This document shows, one piece after another, positions 47,898 to 57,560 of a DNA stretch of 64,000 bases. The DNA lies in assembly GCA_963668625.2 (NCBI GenBank), contig CAXXKA010000006.1:32001-96000 (forward strand). Direction: 5' to 3'. Numbering within the stretch: position 1 is the stretch's first letter; each line of letters begins with the position of its first letter. Below the pieces are notes generated by a model. It did not search any database, was not told the origin of the DNA, and saw nothing but the letters and a program-made list of their open reading frames with translations. Made by a program: the position numbers and the translations under genes. This DNA comes from an uncultured candidate division Zixibacteria bacterium (lineage in GTDB: Bacteria; Zixibacteria; MSB-5A5; UBA10806; 4484-95).

Positions 47898-48776
47898 TTA
47901 CGCGCCAGCGCTTTCATTCAATTTCGCTAATATTCTATCCAGCCGGATCGGGCAGTTGTAAGCTTGCTCAACTCCCCTGAGACAGTAGAAACGACGGTAC
48001 CGGTTTTCTTTGGGCGATATCTCCTCGATATCCAGAAGGGAGCCGTAGGGACAATCACGGCAGAGTCTGATATCATCCTTAACGATTGCTCCGGTAGATT
48101 TCGCCACCAAAGCTTTGGAGTAGTCAAACATCGGCATATTGCCATTTTGGGTGATCTCCACGGCGGAGGGTTTTAAAAATATTAAACGTCCCCTGTCGTT
48201 GATCAGTTTTGCCTCGAATTCTATATCATCCCCGGCTGCGGGGCTATGCCTTTCCAAAAAGATGTTTCCCACCCTGAGATAGATCGCATCATCGAAAAGA
48301 TCATAGCCGATATAGCCGCGATCGAATCGAATCAGAAATCCGTTCAGGCGGGTGGAGATATAACCGTTATCCAGCGTTCTGTACAGTGACGGCAATACCG
48401 AAGATATTTTACCCGAGAAATGGTTTCGTTTGTTTTCGACTGTAGAAAGCCAGTATTCGAATTCCTCAAGGTCTTTTTTAAACCGTTCTAATTCTTCGCG
48501 GGGTATTGTCGCGCTCGGCATACGGCAGATTTTCTCCTCGTAATAGAACTTGCACGAGAAGCAATTGCGACCGACATGCTTGTATCCTCGAGGGCATTTT
48601 TTGCCTTTGCTGCTGATACTACATCGCCAGAGAAATTCTATACATCCCTGATTAAGACATTTTTTATGTTTGAGAACGTGGAAAGGGGATACCTTGAAAT
48701 CGAATTTTTCATGTACGGGGTGCTTGCATATGAACAGGTTATTGACCTTATAAAGGTTTTTTATTACCGTTCTCAT
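47898..48776 (-). CDS. Cys/His-rich hypothetical protein
   Basis: 292-aa ORF in an apparent operon; CKHPVH, CPRG, CFSC, CRDCP, YC...NCP clusters. Confidence 0.75.
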   Translation of the reverse strand: MRTVIKNLYKVNNLFICKHPVHEKFDFKVSPFHVLKHKKCLNQGCIEFLWRCSISSKGKKCPRGYKHVGRNCFSCKFYYEEKICRMPSATIPREELERFKKDLEEFEYWLSTVENKRNHFSGKISSVLPSLYRTLDNGYISTRLNGFLIRFDRGYIGYDLFDDAIYLRVGNIFLERHSPAAGDDIEFEAKLINDRGRLIFLKPSAVEITQNGNMPMFDYSKALVAKSTGAIVKDDIRLCRDCPYGSLLDIEEISPKENRYRRFYCLRGVEQAYNCPIRLDRILAKLNESAGA

Positions 48777-48992
48777 GATTCATTATACGTTCAAAGTAAT
48801 CTAATACAACTGAAAATTTAAGACTTTAATATCCTGTATATTGGAATAATCGATCTTGTATGTTCGTAGAAATTATTCCTCATTAATATTGAACCCCGGA
48901 TTATATCAAGCGTATTAAACCTCATGTAAAATTGCTTGTATTATAGATTAATTAACGGTATATTATTTGCACTTCTTAAGCGAGGTATGAAT

Positions 48993-50237
48993 ATGGGAAG
49001 ATTAGTGAAATTAGTCGTGATCGCCGTATTGTTTTGTTTCTCAGGCGCTTACGCACAGGGTGACTGGCAACTGCAAATTGTGGGCGCCTCGATAACCCCG
49101 GGACAAGCGCAAGCGGTTGCAAATTCAGGTATGTATGCTTACATAGCTGATGCCGATCATGGTGTATCGGTGTTTGATTTGTCAAATCCGGCGCTGCCAT
49201 TATCATCGGGTAGTTATAGTAACGGCGGAATTATAAGTGATTTGCTTATCGATGGCGATAATGCTTATCTGGCGCACTGGGGACGCGGTTTGGTAGTTCT
49301 CGATATTTCCAATCCGGCGATGCCCGAGTCGATTGCCGCATATAATACGCCGGGGTCGGTTATCGATATCGACAAACAGGATAGCTACATCTATGCCGCC
49401 GACTTTTTCAATGGGCTTCTAATATTGGATATTACCGATTTCAACGACATCAGTCAAGCGGGCTATACCTCGCAGATGGGAATCATATCCGTTGCGGCGA
49501 TGGATTCGACAGTGTATACCGGCATTCAGAGTATGGGATTGATGACCTATTCGTTCGCCGGCGCGACCGATCCCGTATCCAGAGATCTCGATGCTATTTC
49601 CACCGATTGTAATGATATCGTTATATACGAGAATTTTCTTCTCCTGGCCTGCGGACAAGTCGGAATGCTGGTGTATGATATAACCGATCCGTTTGATCCC
49701 GATAGCGTGACCGCCATAAACACTTCTGGCTCATTAAACCGGATTGCAGTAAAAGATACCATAGCATATCTAGCGGATAGCGAGAATGGCCTGGTTGCGG
49801 TCAGTGTCAACGATCCCCGATCTCCTTATATCATTCAGACACTGGATACGCCGGGTATAGCCAGCGGTGTCGGGTTCTATGATGATTTCGTGCTGGTTGC
49901 CGACAGAGGAATGCTTCTCGTAGTTTACCATGACGAGTATTCTGATATCGATGATGATTACGTTAAATTACCTTCAAGCTTGAGTCTTAACGATTGCTAT
50001 CCGAATCCCTTTAATCCCTCAACTAATATCAGTTTTGATTTGAACGCGCCGGCCTCGATTACACTCGATATCTATGATATCCAGGGGCGAATGGTGGAAC
50101 GGTTGCTTGAGGGGTATTATGGCGCGGGAACTTACTCGATAGAATGGAACGCCGGCGAGAAGCCTACGGGGATGTATTTCATAAGGCTTTCGGGGGGAGG
50201 ATACACTTCCTCTATGAAGGCGCTTTATCTCAAGTAA
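48993..50237 (+). CDS. Secreted LVIVD-repeat protein with T9SS-type C-terminal domain
   Basis: Signal peptide; repeats AYxA..GLxVxDISNP; CYPNPFNP...TGMYF tail. Confidence 0.88.
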   Translation: MGRLVKLVVIAVLFCFSGAYAQGDWQLQIVGASITPGQAQAVANSGMYAYIADADHGVSVFDLSNPALPLSSGSYSNGGIISDLLIDGDNAYLAHWGRGLVVLDISNPAMPESIAAYNTPGSVIDIDKQDSYIYAADFFNGLLILDITDFNDISQAGYTSQMGIISVAAMDSTVYTGIQSMGLMTYSFAGATDPVSRDLDAISTDCNDIVIYENFLLLACGQVGMLVYDITDPFDPDSVTAINTSGSLNRIAVKDTIAYLADSENGLVAVSVNDPRSPYIIQTLDTPGIASGVGFYDDFVLVADRGMLLVVYHDEYSDIDDDYVKLPSSLSLNDCYPNPFNPSTNISFDLNAPASITLDIYDIQGRMVERLLEGYYGAGTYSIEWNAGEKPTGMYFIRLSGGGYTSSMKALYLK

Positions 50238-50238
50238 A

Positions 50239-50577
50239 TCAATCTTTTTTCGAGCGGAAAAACAACATGACTACCAGCGAGGCTAAGCCGAGTACCAGTC
50301 CGAATACGTTTTTATCTATATCGCGCGTTACCATGAAATAGATCGCCGATGCCGCCAGCGCCAGGGATTCAATAATCAAGACGGCGATTATTTTCTTTTT
50401 AAGATTGGCCTCGACTGTGGCATAACCGAAACTTACCGCCCAGATAATGAACATAATCACGAATAACGGTGAATAAATCAAACTTACCAGATTATAACCG
50501 GGTGTATAGATATCGATTATCACCAGCAGCAATGCGGAGGCTAAAAACGCGCCGGCTAATGAGGCAATAATTCTCAT
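50239..50577 (-). CDS. Small membrane protein (4 TM)
   Basis: Hydrophobic ORF; ATGA overlap with the upstream lipoprotein gene. Confidence 0.6.
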   Translation of the reverse strand: MRIIASLAGAFLASALLLVIIDIYTPGYNLVSLIYSPLFVIMFIIWAVSFGYATVEANLKKKIIAVLIIESLALAASAIYFMVTRDIDKNVFGLVLGLASLVVMLFFRSKKD

Positions 50578-51002
50578 AGATACTTGAATACCCGCCAATT
50601 GCCCTGCGGCGACCGGTAGAGATAGATAGTCAGGTACTGAATTCCGCCGTATTCCTGATCCATCAGGGTGAACTCGACATAAGCGGTATCGCCATTGACA
50701 ACCTCATCATTGACAACAAGCCGATGTTCGCTCCAGTAGGCACGAGTGCCGCCCTCGCCGGTAAGGTTTTTCATGATTCTGTCGCGATAGTCCTTGGGAG
50801 TCAGGGTGCTGTCCATTACGGGCAATTCTTTGAGACGCTTTTCGATCATCAGATCGACATCGAGAAGCTCCTCTATCGCAAGCGAATCATCATCGATAAC
50901 CGATCCCACGAATTCTATGGTCACCTCTCGGGGGGAGGGATGACTGTTGCATCCGATTATCAGAGCCGCGAGTAACATACTCATTGTAATATTTTTTATC
51001 AT
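50574..51002 (-). CDS. Lipoprotein, possibly NTF2-like
   Basis: Lipobox IIGC; SPREV..EF, GDTAYV, L...GNWRV pattern. Confidence 0.7.
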   Translation of the reverse strand: MIKNITMSMLLAALIIGCNSHPSPREVTIEFVGSVIDDDSLAIEELLDVDLMIEKRLKELPVMDSTLTPKDYRDRIMKNLTGEGGTRAYWSEHRLVVNDEVVNGDTAYVEFTLMDQEYGGIQYLTIYLYRSPQGNWRVFKYL

Positions 51003-51039
51003 AGGGGGATGTTATCACGAAAGATAAGTGATGTCAATT

Positions 51040-51783
51040 CTAATTTAGCGGCATTTTTAAAAGCGAGTAATGGATTTTATTCAGAGGGTCGTAAATGCGG
51101 GCAACCACCCGCCAGTTACGCAGGATTACATCAACCTCAACCAGCGTACCTCCGCTGACTATACCTCCGCTCTGAACCTGCGCCGATTTCAAATTGATAT
51201 CCATCTGGCAACTGAGCTCAATCAGCGCCTCCGAGACGGTCGTTTCCCAACTACTGCTTTCGTAAATGTAATGCGGTGAGTAGCCGACCGCGAACAGGTT
51301 ATTGTCATCCCTGGGGATAGTATGAATCCAATCGTTGTATTCGATATACTGGTACTGGTTGCTATATTTCCCCGAATCGGCTTTCGGACCGACCAGTACC
51401 ACCATCAAGTAATTTTCGTAGTCGTAGAATTTTTCCATGATGGTATAATCCTCGGAGATTCCATCATAGCCCAGCGAATCAAAACTGAACGTGGGCATCT
51501 CGCCGACCACGTACCTGCCCTCCGGGGTAATGAAATAACCGGACTGGAATGTTACCTGATTGTAATCTTGCTTTAAAATATTGATAATAGCCTTATTCTT
51601 GGCCATCTCCACAGATAGTTCGTTATCGAGGCATGGTTGGAGGATGCCTATGGCATAATTGGCGTAATCAGGGGGATGCCAAAACCAGGTCGGATAATCG
51701 ACCTGGTCTTGACTTGCCATTGCAAACTGATTTGCGGTAATAACAGAAAGCAGAATGATTAAAGTAATTCCAAGACTTCTAAT
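51040..51783 (-). CDS. Exported LPP20-like domain protein (start uncertain: ATT at 51783 or ATG at 51720)
   Basis: PTWFWHPP and WIHTIP...AVG LPP20-like modules; an in-frame signal-peptide-like stretch lies upstream of the first ATG. Confidence 0.6.
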   Translation of the reverse strand: MRSLGITLIILLSVITANQFAMASQDQVDYPTWFWHPPDYANYAIGILQPCLDNELSVEMAKNKAIINILKQDYNQVTFQSGYFITPEGRYVVGEMPTFSFDSLGYDGISEDYTIMEKFYDYENYLMVVLVGPKADSGKYSNQYQYIEYNDWIHTIPRDDNNLFAVGYSPHYIYESSSWETTVSEALIELSCQMDINLKSAQVQSGGIVSGGTLVEVDVILRNWRVVARIYDPLNKIHYSLLKMPLN

Positions 51784-51792
51784 TACTCGGCC

Positions 51793-52374
51793 CTACCTTA
51801 TCATTCCCTGGTCTTTCTGGAATTCCTCGTAATCCTTCATCTCTTTATCCAGATCCTCGAAAGCCTGAGAGGCGCGGAAACGGGTGTAGAGATTCTGATT
51901 ACTTTTCATTTTTTCCATTAACAGGGCGTTGGCTTTACCGATGGGGTATTCCATCAGAATATAAGCGCGGAACAGACCGTTCTCAACCGAGATTTTCTGT
52001 TCTTTGACCCGGGTACCGTTCATAACCTCGGAAACTACCGATTTCTCGACAGCGGTGAAAGATTCCAGAAGCTCCGAATCCTCGTTAAGGCCGACTTCTT
52101 CTCTGAATCTCTTTTTCAAGCCCTGAACTTTAACCTGGTATTGCTCGGCCAAACCGGTTCTAGCTGAGGTTTTGCATTTGTCGACGGCCAACTGCATGTC
52201 TCTTGAGGTGGCTGTAGACGGCTCGAACAGGTAGTTAGGATCGGTAGGCGGCGAGGTGAACCAAACCGGAATATCCAAAGCCTCGAGCTCCGGATCTACT
52301 TCCGGGGGAGTTGAACCACAAGCCATAATACTGACTACAAATAGAACTAACGCGAATAATGAGAGTATTCTCAT
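51793..52374 (-). CDS. LPP20-family lipoprotein
   Basis: Lipobox IMAC, IPVWF, SRDMQLA, ARTGLA; RBS GGAGG. Confidence 0.8.
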   Translation of the reverse strand: MRILSLFALVLFVVSIMACGSTPPEVDPELEALDIPVWFTSPPTDPNYLFEPSTATSRDMQLAVDKCKTSARTGLAEQYQVKVQGLKKRFREEVGLNEDSELLESFTAVEKSVVSEVMNGTRVKEQKISVENGLFRAYILMEYPIGKANALLMEKMKSNQNLYTRFRASQAFEDLDKEMKDYEEFQKDQGMIR

Positions 52375-52638
52375 ATCATCCCTCCGTTTATTAGTTTAAA
52401 CATTTTCTATCTAATGGAAGCTTTATTGCTTTACGTATCCTCCTTTCAATACCTTAATATTATCGTCAATTGAGTATTTATTATCATCTATGAACTAAAT
52501 ATTTTTTCTTATTCTTACCCGCTTACTTTAAATGCAAACAGCTCATTGATTAATGATTCTCGCGCAATATATTATATCGGGCTTGCCCAAGACAATAGTT
52601 TTTACAAAATTATTACGTTGTCGCCCGATACTTGCCGG

Positions 52639-53769
52639 TTATTTCCATTCCTGATAATAATTCCGTCTGGTTTCCACTTTGGCTAAATATTCCCTGGTTT
52701 CGGCGTAAGGAAGATCCTCCACCAGGAGTTTATACAAAGTTTCCTTATCCATAAAATTAATTTCCTCGATAGCGGGTCTTAATGTCGATTCTCCGACAAT
52801 CGCTTTGCAAAGATTGCCCGGACCCGTATTGTAGGCGGCGATCAGGCAGTAACGGAGCTTATCGGGATCGTTGATTTTCTTGAACTCGTAATCCCGCATC
52901 TTTTTGATATACGCACAACCGAGATGGATATTGTTTTCCGGCGTGTAGAGATAATCGGGTTTGACTATTTTATCCTCTTTGTGAACGTAGCGGTAAGCCT
53001 CTCTCGCACCCGAACGAGGTACCAGTTGCATCAAGCCATAAGCTGGTATGGGAGATTTGGCGCGGGGATTGAAAAACGATTCGGTTTGCATGATAGCTAA
53101 AATCAACGGTACACTAACTTTATATTTAGCGGCATATCTTTTAACCACCGGTAGATACTTCTCCGCCCGTCTCTTGATATGATCGGGAACCATCTCGAAT
53201 GTGGCCGTAACTTTTACCCGCTCTATACCATCCTGAGACATGATAGTTTCCTGATCCAGACTTGCGTTCGGCAAAACTCTCTCATTGGCGAATAGCCTCG
53301 CGTTGGTACTGTCGATAATCGGCGGTGAATGGAATTCGACTAAATCCGCTAAAATGACATCCCCGACCAGGGAGTCCGGCTGAAACAGGTTTTCGATTCG
53401 TGCGGCGATGTTTTCATTGGCCTGTCCCAGGATATCCTCGGAATCTTTTTCCACTATCGTTTCGATGACTATTTTGCCTTCCTCGAAATCAACCTTACTT
53501 AAGGTGTTCAAATCACTGCTATATTCAACCCAATCTCGACGGGTGGTGTTGACGAACTCGTTCCATTTCTTCTCCACCTCCTCGACATATTTCCTGTATG
53601 CTTCTTGTTCCTGTTCGACATATTTACTGTATTCCTGATCCTGCTGGTTTCTATACTCCTCGAACGTTTGCTGGGCCAGGGTGGTGATATAAGCGAATAA
53701 AACTACCGCGACCAGGGTGGTGAAACTTAATATTATTTTGCTTTTACCTTTTCTGATAATCTCTGACAT
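52639..53769 (-). CDS. MltC-like lytic murein transglycosylase (DUF3393 + SLT)
   Basis: VDFEEG, IMQTESFFNPRAKS, AYGLMQLVP..GA, AAYNTGPG, ETREY. Confidence 0.88.
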   Translation of the reverse strand: MSEIIRKGKSKIILSFTTLVAVVLFAYITTLAQQTFEEYRNQQDQEYSKYVEQEQEAYRKYVEEVEKKWNEFVNTTRRDWVEYSSDLNTLSKVDFEEGKIVIETIVEKDSEDILGQANENIAARIENLFQPDSLVGDVILADLVEFHSPPIIDSTNARLFANERVLPNASLDQETIMSQDGIERVKVTATFEMVPDHIKRRAEKYLPVVKRYAAKYKVSVPLILAIMQTESFFNPRAKSPIPAYGLMQLVPRSGAREAYRYVHKEDKIVKPDYLYTPENNIHLGCAYIKKMRDYEFKKINDPDKLRYCLIAAYNTGPGNLCKAIVGESTLRPAIEEINFMDKETLYKLLVEDLPYAETREYLAKVETRRNYYQEWK

Positions 53770-53871
53770 TGGTTCTCCTTGTTAGCTCACCTTACTTATG
53801 ACGCGTGTATTAAATGATAGGGATGCGGGTATAATATCGCATGGCATTATTGGTAAGTGCACCCCTCGTTA

Positions 53872-54019
53872 GGGGTTGTTGAAAAAGCCATTTGCATGAG
53901 TCGCTGGGCGGACGAAATTCTTTGCTCATCCTTTCCCGGCGACATGCCGCATGAAATCAGGTGTCAGGATAGGACTCCTGACATCACCGTCATCCAACAA
54001 GGACTTTTTCAACAACCCC
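53872..54019 (-). mobile_element. 148-bp MITE, inverted relative to the other copies
   Basis: Perfect TIR GGGGTTGTTGAAAAAG / CTTTTTCAACAACCCC; 4-bp target duplication GTTA. Confidence 0.9.
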
Positions 54020-54274
54020 GTTATAGTAGGTAAATAATAAATAATACGATCATTGCCTGTCAATGAAATTTTAGAATGAAGTTAACATTACATGGTGGAT
54101 ATTAGAGGCTGTCTCATAAGCATGCCTATCGCAGCAGGCGTATGTCTGCCGACTACTTAGCTGGATTTATACCGGGCAAAGGCGGGGAAAATAAAAAAGG
54201 GCGAAGTAGCGCCTCATCACTCCGCCCTGGTTAGGGATCGTATATAGTTTGGCTCTTGGAAGGTATACGATGCC

Positions 54275-56044
54275 CTATTTAATCAATATCGCTCGTTTCG
54301 TTTCCGAAAAGTCCTCCGTGTTAATTTTGTAAAAATATACGCCCGAGGCAAATCCCGTGGCATCCCAGGTAGCGTTATGTGTTCCCGATTGGAGATCATC
54401 ATCCAACAGGCTGCAAACCCGGGTGCCGGTTATATCGTAGATATCTATGGTTGTCCTCGATGGTTTCTCCAGATTGAATGATATTTGCGTTTTAGCGTTG
54501 AATGGATTAGGGTAGTTTTGTGCCAGATGATAATTCTCAGGAAGGTTTACCGGATCATCGATACCTGAAACGATATCCCAATCATACACAACGAAGTTTT
54601 CCGTAGGCGAGCCTTCGGGTTCGATTGCTGATCCGGCATCTTTATCCAGGATATACGTCATCTGATACTCGAAGTAAGGAAAGCTATCGAATTCATCAGC
54701 GAGCGTGCCCCAATTTTCGCTCATACATTCACCGGGATAACAATCCGGGCTGCTCGTGCTAGTGATATTTCGTATAATTGGCCATGATAGACCGCCATCA
54801 TGACTACATGCCATCCAGATATCACCGTTACCGAATCCTCCCATGGAGACGTCGGCGGTATCAAACTGCGTCCAACTCACCTCGATGGCATCGGTGAAAT
54901 AGGAATTACAGCTCAAGCTCATCTTGCAGATAGGCCTGTTCCAGGTACCGCAGATATCGGCAAATAGCGAGTCGGGATGATGAGTTATCTGGGTTATCTC
55001 GCCAGTGTCCTCAGCATAATGGAATAAAAACGTTTTCCACTCGATATAACCGTCCGAATCGATACGAGAGGCGTTCCAGACCAGATGGATGTCATCGTTA
55101 TAGTCTATGATGACATCACAATCGGTATAGGCCCATAGTGAATCATCATCCGTAGCGTAGTTCGTGACATTTTGTTTGCCGTAGCGCCAGTTCCAGGAAT
55201 AGCCATCCTCGGAGACAAAATAGACTATGTCGTTATTCCACTGGGTGGTCGTATCATTTGGATCGCAATAAGCTAAAACGACCCTGTCAGAAACGGGAGA
55301 GGCATCCATTACGCTGCCGATAACCATTACCGTGTCGACAAGACGCAGCGCTGACCAGGTCGCGCCACTATCCGAGGAAAAGGTATAAGCCATTCGCTGA
55401 AGGCGCCTGTCGGTATTTTCCGAGGCTACTACGTGAATGTTATTGTTTCTGTCCACTGTCACGTATGGCCAGTATAATTGACCGGGGCTTTCAGGAGTTT
55501 GCGGATAGAGCTGATCAGGAGTATCAAAGTAGTTGAAAAATCCAAACCCTATGGGATCATGTTCGCTAGCCAGGGTTACATAGGTAGGATTGCTGTCATA
55601 AGTTTCATGATATGCGATAGAGGCATGGGTCTCGAATATTCCCGACATCTGGCAAAAACCGGCCGGATTATTCTGGCTTACCTGCATCGGCTCGCTCCAT
55701 GTACCCTGAACGTCTTTATAGGCATAGTAAACATGCCTCGGAGATGGCGGATAAGGCCAATCTAAAAGGTTGGTCCAGCATATATGTACCGAACCATCAG
55801 TATGGGCAATAATTCTATCACCGGGTGAGCCGTTAGTTTGAAATTCATAATAAGTGGTTCCAACGGTGTCAATTACCAGAGCGGCTCCCGGTTGAGCGGG
55901 GTAAACCCGCGTATCGGGCAATTTTTCCAGCCCGGTTCGCTGCCTGTTATTTTTAATAGGCAGCGACTTCGATGTCTCAAGCGCGTTTGTTAGTATTCCC
56001 GTTGTCAAAATCATAATGGTTGCTACAATAAATATCTTTTTCAT
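54275..56044 (-). CDS. Secreted BNR/sialidase-like protein with T9SS-type C-terminal domain
   Basis: Signal peptide; SSDSGATW, SEDGYSW and SHDGGLSW Asp-boxes; QNYPNPFN...ASGVYFY. Confidence 0.8.
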   Translation of the reverse strand: MKKIFIVATIMILTTGILTNALETSKSLPIKNNRQRTGLEKLPDTRVYPAQPGAALVIDTVGTTYYEFQTNGSPGDRIIAHTDGSVHICWTNLLDWPYPPSPRHVYYAYKDVQGTWSEPMQVSQNNPAGFCQMSGIFETHASIAYHETYDSNPTYVTLASEHDPIGFGFFNYFDTPDQLYPQTPESPGQLYWPYVTVDRNNNIHVVASENTDRRLQRMAYTFSSDSGATWSALRLVDTVMVIGSVMDASPVSDRVVLAYCDPNDTTTQWNNDIVYFVSEDGYSWNWRYGKQNVTNYATDDDSLWAYTDCDVIIDYNDDIHLVWNASRIDSDGYIEWKTFLFHYAEDTGEITQITHHPDSLFADICGTWNRPICKMSLSCNSYFTDAIEVSWTQFDTADVSMGGFGNGDIWMACSHDGGLSWPIIRNITSTSSPDCYPGECMSENWGTLADEFDSFPYFEYQMTYILDKDAGSAIEPEGSPTENFVVYDWDIVSGIDDPVNLPENYHLAQNYPNPFNAKTQISFNLEKPSRTTIDIYDITGTRVCSLLDDDLQSGTHNATWDATGFASGVYFYKINTEDFSETKRAILIK

Positions 56045-56335
56045 ATTTTCCCCCAGTTCTGATTCATTCGTGATAAATTAGATAGTTTAGTACGACCTCC
56101 TTTCGCTTAAAATTAAAATTCGACCCCAATCTTAAGACATCTTTTAAGCGGTTATGTTTTGAATATATTTTGAGGCAGCTTAATATAGACGGCCCGAACA
56201 AGCGCCATCGCATACCTACAGTTTGATTAATCCATGAAATCTTACGGATTATATAAAAAAAGAATAATTTCTTTGAGCTTGACTTTAAAATGGCTGAAAG
56301 CGTACTTGTAAGTCAGGTTCGTAATAAAGTTGTAT

Positions 56336-56875
56336 ATGATAAAAGATTTGATAAATAAAGCGCTCGACGGAGATAAAAAAGCAGAAAGCGAGATTTTCGC
56401 CCGGCTCACAGTAAGATTCAAGTATTTCGCCAAACGATATATTGCAGAAGAGGATGCTGAGGATATCGCCCAGGAAGCTTGTGTCACGATCATCGAAAAG
56501 TACAAAACCGAAACTTTCGAACGCGGCTTCGAATCGTGGGCTTATGGTGTACTAAAAAAGAAACTGGGAAATCACTTTCAGCGCAAAGCAACGGAAAAAA
56601 AGAATATTGTGAAAGGCGATATAGATAATAGACCGGCAATATCGACCGAGGATTCTAATCCGGGATTGAAAGTACAATTGATAAAATGCTTGAAAAAAAT
56701 AAACAGTATAAATCCTCGATACGCCAGGGCTTTGAACCTGGTTCATCTGGGATACGATACCGATGAAATATGCCGGATGCTGGAGATTAAGCCGAATTAT
56801 TTATATGTGTTATTAAATAGGGGACGTAATATGTTGAGGAGCTGTTTAAATTCAAATGAGGTGCAGGATGAGTAA
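56336..56875 (+). CDS. ECF sigma-70 factor
   Basis: DAEDIAQE and FESWAYG (region 2); GYDTDEIC.MLEI..NYLYVLLNRGR (region 4). Confidence 0.9.
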   Translation: MIKDLINKALDGDKKAESEIFARLTVRFKYFAKRYIAEEDAEDIAQEACVTIIEKYKTETFERGFESWAYGVLKKKLGNHFQRKATEKKNIVKGDIDNRPAISTEDSNPGLKVQLIKCLKKINSINPRYARALNLVHLGYDTDEICRMLEIKPNYLYVLLNRGRNMLRSCLNSNEVQDE

Positions 56876-57551
56876 ATGTACTAATCCGAAAATCGGAACG
56901 ATGCTGCATGCTTATGAGCTTAAAGCGTTAAATAATGATGATCTGGAGAGATTCGAGTTACATATCCTGGAATGTGATTATTGTTTTAACGAGCTGACCA
57001 GTTTCAATGATGAGGCCGCGCTGCTTTTAAACGATATTCAGGTCAAACAAACCGTGAAATCCAACGTATTGGCGGGGGAATCCTCGGATAACGAAAGAAA
57101 ATCACTATGGGGCTATCTCTGGCCCTCCGAACCGCCTATATTGTTCAAACCGGCGATTTCATACGCGTTTACGATACTGGTAATCGTGCTTTTCCCGCTG
57201 CTTGTCGAAAACGGATTGAATAATGATATAGGGGAAATACAATCACTTGGTTTGATGAATACCCGATCTGCCGGTGAGCCGGTGCTATATAAAGGGCAGT
57301 CCAATAATGCGATTATAAATTTCTTCATAAGTGATTATATAGATAATTCCGGTATCACACTCAGGATATTAGATTCTTCAGGTAAACCGATTTATAATGA
57401 TGGAAATTTCACGGGTATCGATAAAACGGGTATCGGCCGGTTGTATTTGCCTCTTTCGAGGCTTAGCCCCGGCAGATATATTCTTGAAATTACTCTGGAA
57501 AATCCAAACCCGGAAAACGATATTATCAGCTACGATTTTACGATTGAGTGA
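56868..57551 (+). CDS. Zinc-binding (zf-HC2) transmembrane anti-sigma factor
   Basis: HILECDYC (HxxxCxxC), one TM helix, C-terminal Ig-like LSPGRYILEI; overlaps the sigma stop codon. Confidence 0.85.
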   Translation: MSKCTNPKIGTMLHAYELKALNNDDLERFELHILECDYCFNELTSFNDEAALLLNDIQVKQTVKSNVLAGESSDNERKSLWGYLWPSEPPILFKPAISYAFTILVIVLFPLLVENGLNNDIGEIQSLGLMNTRSAGEPVLYKGQSNNAIINFFISDYIDNSGITLRILDSSGKPIYNDGNFTGIDKTGIGRLYLPLSRLSPGRYILEITLENPNPENDIISYDFTIE

Positions 57552-57560
57552 TAAGTAACT

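Noticed and set aside
54105-54119. GAGGCTGTCTCATAA resembling an IS terminal repeat
   Set aside because: Single end with no partner repeat or transposase found; too short to support.
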